A stretch of 60,584 nucleotides of DNA, filler included, from Platydemus manokwari (lineage: Eukaryota): NCBI GenBank assembly GCA_037951405.1. It is 5 parts of 5 records of this genome, joined end to end, with 100 filler letters (N's around TTAATTAATTAA, not from the genome) between each part and the next. Parts side by side here need not be neighbours in the genome. Positions count along the whole stretch, not along the records: positions 1 to 10,272 come from JBBMOY011151104.1; positions 10,373 to 20,436 come from JBBMOY011172767.1; 3 more parts are not named here. One strand, 5' to 3'. A program made the translations under genes and the position numbers. Position 1 is the stretch's first letter. Every line of letters starts with the position of its first letter. Under the pieces are notes generated by a model. That model had not been told where the DNA came from. It saw only the letters and a list, made by a program, of their open reading frames with translations, and made no database searches. Positions 1-10,443 of the stretch are shown piece after piece.

Positions 1-326
1 ACCATTTGAAGTAAATAAAGAAAAATAAATTTGTCAGTGCACATAAATATTGAATACATTAAATTTAAAACTAAATTGTGGAATTTTATTTTAGTTAATT
101 AACGTATAAATAAATTAGAAAAAAATTAATTGAATTTAAAGGTTTACTCTAATTTGTTGAATGATTTTAAATTTGTGTACCAGAATGATTATTAAGATTA
201 ATGTGCAAAATACAATTTATAAAAAAATGAATACGATTACATTAAAATAAAATAAAGCTCAGATCAAACATATGACATTGATTAATACCAATGTAATGAA
301 GACTTATCATTAGAAATAATCTATCT

Positions 327-1060
327 AATGAAAACATAAGTTGTTTCAATCAATATTTTATTTAATTTTAAAAATCACATGTGTTTGGTTTTAATATTAA
401 TTCATCAAAACTTCTACAACTTTTATATAATTTTTAGCATCGAATTTCTTGAAGTGTGTGGCTACTAATCTTAGCTGGTTTTCCGTTTCTTTGTTGATCT
501 GCTCGTAATGGCTTGGTTCATTTAGTCCTAAACCATGCATATTAATTCTTCGTCCAAACAATATTTCAAAAAGAGAATATTGAATTAAACTTTGATATGT
601 TGCATTGATGATGAATGCCCTCCGAGGTATTAATTTATCCCAAGCCTTCTCTGATGCCATCGTTGTTAGAACCCTGTATCGGATCGTCATAATAATCCTT
701 TCGGCTAAGCCATTTGCCTGATGTTGGTATGTGGAGGTAAATTTTTGTTTTATTCCAAAACCTCTACCCCGATCACTGAGCATTGATATTGGGGCGCCAT
801 ACCGATAGATCCATTAATCGATGATGGACTTGGAAATACTTGTTTTCATTTTAGAATCCTCTTCAAGTTCGACCTGATAATATGCTTGGCCTATCGAGTA
901 TTAAACTGTCTCTCCATACACTGAGTCCAATAACGTGTTGATGTTGCGCACTTTGGGGAATTTATGAATAAAACCGGATATTTGTTTGTTATTGAAGATA
1001 GATTTAGTAAGTTTGTAAGCTTAGTGCTACTTATTCGACAAAACGAAACAAGTATATCAT
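327..1060 (-). mobile_element. Ty3/gypsy LTR retrotransposon relic (copy 1): partial 3' LTR, integrase core, RT fragment and inverted integrase piece
   Basis: ORF 397-783 has the integrase core (SDRG...YQHQANGLAER...FIINATYQS...FEILFGR) and is homologous to 47696-48200. 846-935 matches the RT segment at 49281-49370. 936-1060 encodes VDVAHFGEFMNKTGYLFVIEDRFSKFV on the + strand. 327-398 aligns with the short LTRs at 47438-47533 and 51134-51234. Confidence 0.9.
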
Positions 1061-2219
1061 ATTGTTAAGGGATATTTTTAGATTAATGTTCTGCAATAAG
1101 TGGGATTGTTAATATTTATTTTTATTCAATATTTTTCCTTAATTTATTAATTTCAAAGCCATCATCGTAATATAAATTTGTCAGAATTGCGTTTATCAAA
1201 AGCTATATTTTAATTTTATATTCCTTTTCTCAAATTAAAATAATCTATTTCTATAATTTTATTAAATAAATCAAGACATATTAAATATAATTATAATTGT
1301 TATCTCTTTCTCAATTTCTTGATAATACAGAAGTTTCTCGTTTAAAGGAAGGCTTTCTGTCCCAATTATCTGAATGGTATTAATTTGAAAGAATGATAAA
1401 GTTTCTATATTGAACTTTGATTATTCTAAAGGAATTGTCCTGATAACAAGGAATATTGTATACAAAAAGATTTTATCATTATAAATAATCGATGTACAGA
1501 TTGCTGTATAATTATTTTTCAGAGCCAGTTAGTTCTAAATTCAACATTCCTGATTCTTGTATTTCTGAAATTTGTTTAAATATTAAAGTTTATGTTTTCC
1601 GGTTAGTTGCAGACTTTTATTATTGTAATTATTTTCTATTAACTTTGAAGGTTTTAGATTTTTCTCCTTTCCTTACTTCAAAGTTGTTTATGATAAAATA
1701 GCCATCATAAATTTGGTTCAATGTCTAATGGAAAATATTTCCAAGATAAATTTATTTAACGTCTCAATTTATTCGTATTCTTAGCATCTGGGTTACACTT
1801 ATACCAGCTTATTATAATTTGACTTTCGACATGGTGAAAACCTTTGTAATTTTATATTAAGAACCCTCAAGTATCTAATAATTAGGTAAAATAGTTTTAC
1901 TTTTAAATATATTCACAAAAGAACTTATAGAAAAATGTTTTATAGAGAAAGCAAAATTAAATAATTATTCCAGCCATTGGTACTATTTTAAATTTAAATT
2001 TAATAACTTCAATGAACGCGGAATATGGGAAACTACCAGTTAAACTATAGACACTGAATATATAATTAATTGTAATATTCAATACTGATTTTCGAGTAGA
2101 ACTTGTATATATTTTTCTACAAATGAATAATAAAAAACTTTAAAAAAACAATTAAAATTGGAAAACCTAAATCATTTAATCAAGATTGGAAAAAAAATCC
2201 AAAGAAAATTTTAAAAAAA

Positions 2220-2435
2220 TTGATAAAATTAATAGACAATAAAGACAACTATAAGAAAGTGAAAATTCTTCCGTTATTGGCTACTTTAAATGTAATTATA
2301 ACAGGTTTAAGTGGAGCAGCAGGAATTTTGAAAGTAGTTGCAATTGCAGTTAATCATGAAATACAACATAAGAACACTAACATTGAAACTGATAAAATAA
2401 AAAAGGTGCAAGCACAGATAAAGAGAAAAACTTAA
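2220..2435 (+). pseudogene. Small amphipathic ORF resembling the adenovirus pX-like/Polinton-Maverick 'GGFLP' protein (degenerate)
   Basis: Reads KKVKILPLLATLNVIITGLSGAAGILKVVAIAVN followed by a basic tail. A similar reading frame lies on the opposite strand at 2709-2905. The family call is by motif recall only. Confidence 0.45.
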
Positions 2436-2708
2436 ATAAAACAAGAAAACGCCTGTGCAAAAGGTGCTGATATTCATTTCAGCTCGTACAAAAGTTAAGC
2501 TTTAATTGTTTTGGTACAAAATACTAGATATGAGATTTCACTATTTATATAAAATATAGAGAAAAAAGAAATTTATTTGAATTAGTTAACTAAATTTTTC
2601 AAGCAATGATACATTTTCATATGAAGTAATTTTTTATAAAATCATATTCATTCATAATGATATATATATATCATCGGGTTTCAATATTTTGTTTTGGTTT
2701 TAGCAGGG

Positions 2709-2905
2709 TTAATTTTTTTTTATCAATTTGTTTGTTTCGCGTAGCTTTTTTTGATAATTTACTGCACTCGACACTCCTTCCTCAACCACTGGTGCTTCAT
2801 TTAAACCTGCTATAAATGCGGGTAATGCAACTAACTATGGTAAAACCAACTTTCTTAATGATTTGATTTTTCTGGTTTTTATTATTTGTTTAAAAGGTTT
2901 TCATC
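2709..2905 (-). pseudogene. Second pX-like/Maverick small ORF relic, convergent with 2220-2435
   Basis: Manual translation gives ..IIKKVGF/LP*LVALPAFIAGLNEAPVVEEGVSSAVNYQKKLRETNKLIKKN*, with a frameshift and an internal stop. It aligns with the + strand ORF (LP.L..L...I.GL......V..AVN). Confidence 0.45.
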
Positions 2906-3589
2906 ATTCATTTTTTTAAAAATAACTATATAAAATGTACACTAAACATCTTTCCAAATTTAATTAATAATTCCATAGCTTTTCTCCTAATTCACAATAA
3001 TAAGCTTTGCATTTCGAGTTGTAATGAGTTTATATATTTATAGTTACTGATTTTAGATGGCTTATTGTACCCCATTCTTATTGATTAGTCGTCCAAACAA
3101 TATTGTAGAATTGATTTCTGATGTATTGCATTTGTAACAGAATGGAATCAAGTTGAAGTTCAACAATATCATCTTTATCATCATCTATATCTTCAGCATG
3201 TCAGAGGATTAAGTCCTAATTGCCTCTATTAACCTCCACATATCAAATTTTACCATGCAGATGGAAGTTAAACATGGATGGGTGACAAATATTGGACTAT
3301 ATTTTACTTGTTTTGATAATGTTTTGATTATTTTACTCTATTTTACCTTTTGTGAATCTGACTTTAAAATCTTGCATTATTTTGATTTTTTATGTGAAAA
3401 TAGTGTTTTGAAAATTGTATATAAAAAAAATTAAATATTATAAAACTAAAAAATATATGTTATTATCATTAATAATAATTATATTTTCGAAATAACTACA
3501 AAAACTAATTTCAAGGAATAAGAGGAATACTGATAATAATAATAATAATAAACATTATTACGAGGAATAATAATAAAATACATTATCAT

Positions 3590-3900
3590 TGTGGGCGAAT
3601 ATTAATTAATAAAAATTTGGGCATATTTGTAGGTGAAAATTGGAATTTTAAATGTAGGAGAAAAAGAAAAATATTATAAATGATACGGGTGAAAAATAAA
3701 TTTAAAATATTAATCTAGGTGGATTTCTAAAATAATTTTAAAATCCAATAGGAAAAAAGAAAATAATAAACAAAAAAAATTATTCAGAATCCGTTCTAAA
3801 AAATATTATATAAGGAATGGCAAAATCACAATTTTCACGCTTACAATCAGATATCTAAAATCTCTTGGAACAAGGATAATAAACGGAATTATAAATATTA
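3590..3900 (+). repeat. Dispersed LTR-like repeat (copy A), homologous to 53480-53740
   Basis: Shared co-linear blocks: GGGTGAAAA(A)TAAA...AAAAAGAAAATAATAAA...TTATTCA...TATATAAG (TATA-like). Boundaries approximate. Confidence 0.55.
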
Positions 3901-4146
3901 AATGAAATTTTGGTTTGCTTTGATGGTTTGTTATAGATCGTTATTGGGCGCTATTTAATCTAATTTGACTGGTCCTAAAGGGGCTTCAATAACTGGTATT
4001 GAAGACCAAGCTTCTGGAAATTAAATTTAATATATTGATTTCGAATTGTAGCACTAAGAATGTGAAGTCTCTCTGGGCCTGAAATAATATGAGATTTAAA
4101 ACTCTATTTGTAGTCAAGTCAATATATGAAGTTTATGATCGATTGA

Positions 4147-5093
4147 TGAAACAATAAATCGGATACCCCTGATGGCTTCACAATTATTAAGTAATTCTTG
4201 ATACGATATAATGAACAACTCAAGTCTGGGGTTTTCAAAACGTTTATTTAAGAAAAGTGAATACGACAATTAGTATGAAAAAGCAAAAATAAAATTTTAG
4301 CAAAATATCTCGTACCTCGCCTCAGCGATTAACGAGTAATCCGGTTTACGGACGGAGATATTATTGATACGGAGAGATTAATAATAGGTGTTATAAAATT
4401 AATTATAATAGTGACATCAATGACATTACCTATTCAGTAAAATATTAAAGCAAATGAACGTGATGAATGAATGAATGAAATAAAAACAACTCTTACTGTC
4501 TCAGAGAAAATTATCCTGTAAAAAATCCGATCTGTGCAAGTTCCAAGCTGTTAGTTAAGACAATATCGCTTCGTCAGTGTAGGCAGATATTCTTCTTGTA
4601 AATCTTCTTCAAAAATAATTAAATACTCTACCTAATATACAAAGCCAACTTGAAATCTCCGTAGACTACGCGAAACTAAATGATTGTTGTTGTGGGTGGT
4701 TCTATCTTATGACCAACGCCGCTATTTATATGCGTTGGCCATGTCTATTTTTCACACGGCTTTTCATGCCGATTTTTCACATCAATTTTCACTATTTTTT
4801 CACACGCTTTTGAATCGTGATTCGAGTAAATAACTAATGACTTATCTTATTATTTACTCTTATTATTTGTTGTAATCAACTTTCTGATATTAGCCTTTCC
4901 TTTCTTTAACTTTCCCTAATTTATTATATTTATTTTTATTCTCACTATCTTCCTTGTTGTTATTTATTATCGTTTTTGTTATTAATTTATTAATTATTTT
5001 ACTCGATATTATTTATTTTCCATTTGATTATATTATTTATTAATTATTTAATTATATTATTTATTGCTTATTTATCTCTCTCCGCATCTTTCA
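4147..5093 (-). mobile_element. Probable retrotransposon LTR (~947 bp) with adjacent polypurine-tract-like sequence
   Basis: The termini form a TGAAA...TTTCA inverted repeat. On the minus strand it is preceded by purine-rich TGGTGGCGAGGGAGG (5094-5108) and contains TATAAATA (~4724-4731) and a downstream AATAAA. Confidence 0.5.
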
Positions 5094-6893
5094 CCTCCCT
5101 CGCCACCAGATTTTAACATACTATCCAAAAAATAATAATAATAAAACACAAATTATAAATTGAACAATTAATATAACATTCAACAACTGTTTATTTATCA
5201 AGTTGAACAAAAAGGTTATCAGCAAAGCATTTATTGTTATCAATCACGTCTAAAAGTTTATTGTTAATTTATTTGGATATTGCTGGTTTCGAATATTGTT
5301 GGCATTGTTGGCTGTTGGTTCGATTTATCGGCAGCGGGGCAGTCCACACTCGGGGTCAATGTATATATTTTGGGACCATATTTGTAGGGTATTATATATG
5401 CAGGGATATTTATGTGTTATGCGCTAATGTATTCTATATATTCTATATACAAGGGTATTTGCTATGTATACGCATGGGGAGTATGCCCAACATAAATAAA
5501 GGTGTGAACATTTAATAAAAAGAAATAAATATAATTAAATGACCTGCCCATATTGTAAAATCTGTCCTTATATAAAAAAATCATATATCAGCGCAAAGTA
5601 TGTTCGGTATCTGAGCCTTCCCACGTTGAAAATTTGTTTATTAATATGTGCGTTCGTGTAAATTTGATATACCGTTTGATTGCCTAAATACGTTTGTGTG
5701 AAAAAATCAAAGTTAGAAGGGATTTATAATAGTAGTAATTGTATAAAAAATTGAGATATTTGTAAATATGTTATCACAGCAAATAAATCTTATTGTTACA
5801 ATCGTTGTGTTCATTTATTGTATTATTTGGTTATAATTATAAGAGCACGCACCTACCGGATTGACATTGCGCTTCAAGCGGTAGTATCGAACTCACAAAC
5901 CCATATATATATATATACTAAGATTAATAACTCCAACATATCTAATAAAATTTTTCTATGACCATCGTAAGATGAACATTCTAAAACGTTTCTAATTAAT
6001 TCAAATAATTCTTGAATACAGTAAACTGCGAACAAAACAGAACCAATAACAACTATAAATAATTTTAATAAATTGAAATTGCATTCAATTAGATACTATA
6101 GCAGCAAAAGTTTGACAATCATTGAATAAAAACATTATTCTTTTTAATGAAATTAATTCTAGTCCATCTTATTCTAAATTCAATTGTTAGGCTCAAGATT
6201 ACATTCACAAAGATTGTATCGACAAAACTTCTTGTGACTGTAGTTACTATTTTAAAATTTTCTTTCATATTAGAGATTATTATTCTCATTCACAATCTGT
6301 AATGTGAGTTTTTCGATATTTAGCTATCGATTTGGATATGACTAAATATATGACCATCAGTCTTCAATAATCAAGAACTTTCTGTGAACAAATCAAAATG
6401 ATCAAACAAACACGATTTTCAAAATAATTACTTATTTCTGAATAATTTTTGTTTATAATTATTTTAGCAACACGGGGCACTCAATTTAACTCAAATAAAA
6501 AAAAACCGATTTTAATCAAGGAATTCAAAATATTGTTTTCAAAAGGTCGATTGTGCGAAATATTAATAAATATTAGCTAATTATAATCACAACCTAAAGT
6601 CACAAAACTTTAAAAATATTTATTGATTGACCTGATTTACATCAATTTTCTTACCTTACGAACACCTATAGATTATTAGTAAAAAAAATTTTCCCAGAAA
6701 ATCTTTAAGGGGTATGTGAATATTTTTAATTATACAGTTTTTTAAATAATTTAGATTAATAATTTTAATTAACAATTTTTTATTTGAAGGTTTAATAGTT
6801 CTTTAAATGAACTATTTCTATCACAGTTTTAAAATCGTGCGATTGTCATTTTGTTTATTATTTGAAAGTGTTTATTTCTCATTTTAATTCTTT

Positions 6894-9793
6894 ATGAATT
6901 CCCTATTCACATTTTTGTTTTTGAATCTTCTTAAGTTGTGGGTAATTATCTACGAACTTATTACTTTCCCTATCTATTTTATTTTCAAAGATAAAAATGA
7001 AAGTGAAATTATGATTAGTGCCATGCCTATTAGAGAAAATGATGTTACAAGTCCATGGCGTAATGTCAAATCATTAGATAAACTTTCAACAACACCAGTT
7101 CCAGGATATGATACATTAGTGGCACTGTGGGAAAGAGCCACCATTTTGTGGCCAGATAATGACGCTTTTGGAACACGTGAAGTTATAGCATCAGAATTCG
7201 AAGTTATTAATTAATATACGAAGTGAATTTTATTGAGTATTTTAGACACAACCCAATGGTAGGCAGTTTAAGAAACTGACATTGGGAAAATACTACTGGG
7301 AAACTTACAAAGAATCTGACGACAGAATGAATAATGTTGCGAAGGCAATGCTTAATTTGGGATTAGTTCCAGGAAAAGATAAGATTATTATTTTCTCTGA
7401 AACTCAAGCTGAATGGATGATTGTTGCTCAAGGTGCATTCAAAAGTAATATAATTATAACAACTCTTTATGCTACGCTGGGAGAGGAGGCAATTGTTCAC
7501 GGTATTAATGAATCAGAGGTAATTATTATTATTAGACGCATTCAATATAAATCGAAGTATTTTTTAATAAGTTAATTAAAATATTAATAAATAATAATTA
7601 TGGTGAGTTTAAATAAATTTAATTTTTGGATAAATAATAACTAATGATAATTGTTCAGTATGTTCATATTTATTCTTTTTAGGCAACTCTGATTTTTACA
7701 AGTGACGAATTATTACCGAAAATTGTTTCACTTGTCAATCGATGTCCGTTAGTTAAAAATATTGTTTTCATGGATCACAAAATATTTAAAGAACGAAACT
7801 CATCGGAAACGCAAGAATTAAAGCAAAAAATGAAAAACAAATTACCATTTAATGTAGTATTGATGGAACTTTCTAAGTTAGAGGAAATCGGAGCCGAAGA
7901 TAATGATGACGTATTGAAAAATCTTGTAAATAAACCAACGAAAGATAGTTTAGCGATTATCATGTATACTAGTGGATCAACTGGATTACCTAAAGGTGTT
8001 GAGATTACTCAAGGAAATATAGTCTCAGCAATGGCGGGTATGAAAGATATCTTACCAGTATTTAATTGTGAAGAAGAAGTGTATATAAGTTATCTGCCTT
8101 TAGCTCATGTGATGGAGCTTGTCTGTGAACTTTTACTTTCCACTATGGGTATTAAATTGGGATATTCAAGGTTCGTATTAAAATAATAATAAAATAATTA
8201 ATAATATGTATATTATAGTCCTTTGACACTTACAGATACATCGAGTAAAATCAAATCTAAAACGAAAGGCGATATATCAGTATTGAGACCTACTTTGATG
8301 ATTTGTGTTCCAACAATTCTTGAACGTATAACAAAAGCAGTATGGGATAAAGTTAATGATCAAGGTCCTTTTTTCTTAGAGGTTCGTGTGTATTTTGGAA
8401 TTTTTATATGAAATCATTAACTGGTTATTTAATAGTGAATAATTAAAAATTAATCTGTATAAATAATATTGGATTATGAGAAATATTTAGGTATCATTTA
8501 CTGATTTATCTGTTATCGAATTCCATATATAAATAATATAATTATTTATCTTATTACAATTATAGTTAATATCAATTAATTCTTTAAAATATATTTGTTC
8601 ATCACTATTAAAGCTTCAACTTTTATTAACGTTTTCACTGTTTTATTCTTCACTGACATTTGATTGTGAGCAATAAGCCAAACATGAGAAAATAATAGCA
8701 TATCTGGTTTGTAATAATATTGGGCCATTGAGTGATATTTATCACTGTAATTGTGCTTCAATCATTTCACTAGGTTTGTTGGTTTACTACAGTAGAAAAC
8801 AATTGATATTTATCTTTATTTTTGTGTGTATTCAAGTAAAGTTCTAATTTTCATAATCAAACCTTTCTATATTAAACCATATGAAATTGTTGTTCAAATG
8901 ATATTTAATTTGCTATTTGAATTTATATTAAATGTCACATAATATAGTTATTCAAATGGGCCTATGATTACAAAAGAAAACGATTGGGCAGAGGCTATCC
9001 GAGTGTTTTTATGGATAAAGTAGTGTTTAGAAGAATCAAAAAGCTGCTTGGTGGTCGATTACAATTTATGTTGAGTGGTGGAGCACCTTTGAGTGAAGAA
9101 GCTCAGAATTTTGTTAATATTTGCTTTTGTCCCATCATTCAAGGGTTTGTTTCAATTGAATTTGAATTGATTTTATGATAAATATTCTAGATATGGTCTC
9201 ACTGAAACTTGTGCTGGTGGTTCAATAATGAATATCTATGATTTACGAACTGGTCACGGTGGTCCACCAATTACAAGCTTGCAAATACAATTACGAGAAT
9301 GGTTAGATGGAGGCTATCGTCCAACAGATAAGCCACTTCCTCGAGGGGAAATTTTGATTGGTGGTGGAAATGTAGCTAATGGTTATTACAAACAACCAGA
9401 AAAAACTGAAGAATGTTTCTTCGTAGATAAAGATGGAATGAGATGGTTTTGCACAGGTATAATACAATGGATTTGAAATACATGATTGATTTTTCAATTT
9501 ATATATCAATAGGAGACATTGGAATGATTTCTAAAGATGGTTGTTTGTCAATAATTGATAGGAAAAAAGATCTTGTAAAATTACAGAGTGGAGAATATGT
9601 TTCGTTGGGTAAAGTTGAATTAGCAATATCAAAATCAGCAGTAGTAGATTCGGTTTGTGTTTATGCTGATAGCAGTGAATCGTTTACAATTTGTTTTATT
9701 TCACCAAAACAAAAACAACTTATTCAACTTGCTGAGAAACATGGTATTGATTGTTCAAGCACAGATTTGGAAATATTATGCAAGGATAAAAAG
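6894..9793 (+). CDS. ACSL3/4: Long-chain-fatty-acid--CoA ligase, ACSL3/ACSL4 type (3'-incomplete)
   Basis: Exons 6894-7202, 7246-7518, 7683-8170, 8219-8381, 8948-9144, 9191-9456, 9513-9793, all GT-AG and frame-consistent. Motifs: QPNGRQFKKL, YTSGSTGLPKG (AMP-binding), YLPLAHVMEL, GYSSPLTLTDTSSKIK, LSGGAPL, QGYGLTET, WFCTGDIG, IIDRKKDLVKLQSGEYVSLGKVE, plus a hydrophobic N-terminal anchor. The C-terminal exon (EIP...WTP...KLKR) was not found. Confidence 0.96.
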
Positions 9794-10272
9794 GTGATGA
9801 TCAATTTGATTTGATTATTTTTTATTATATTATCATTATAATATTGAATCATCCTGAATTACACAACGGTTTTCATAGATTTATAATCAAAATCATGAAT
9901 ATCTTATACTTTTATTAGTGAAAATTATTGCAAATTTATCACTACTGACAAACGTGTATTTTGAGTAATATTTTACATAAAACAATATTTTAATCATTTT
10001 TTTCAAATATTATTAAATATATTAAATATCAAATGTCATTTTATCAATGTATATAATGGCGCAATTTTCAAATATTATACAGATATATGTTATAATTATA
10101 TTTAATAATAATTATTATTATAGAATTATATCATAATTATATTTTTCCATTATGTGGCGGTTCATTTGCTTCTCTGTATATTTTTAGCAAAAACAAAATA
10201 GATAATATACACTTATAATTCACTATATAATATAATATTCACAATATTATTTTTAATCTGTGTCAAATGATG

Positions 10273-10372
10273 NNNNNNNNNNNNNNNNNNNNNNNNNNNN
10301 NNNNNNNNNNNNNNNNTTAATTAATTAANNNNNNNNNNNNNNNNNNNNNNNNNNNNNNNNNNNNNNNNNNNN
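10273..10372. other. Assembly gap with artificial TTAATTAATTAA linker
   Basis: 44 N + TTAATTAATTAA (10317-10328) + 44 N. The same construct occurs at three other gaps. Confidence 0.97.

Positions 10373-10443
<71 letters not shown>
10373..10443 (+). repeat. (AAT)n microsatellite
   Basis: Perfect ATA/AAT run abutting the gap. Confidence 0.97.
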
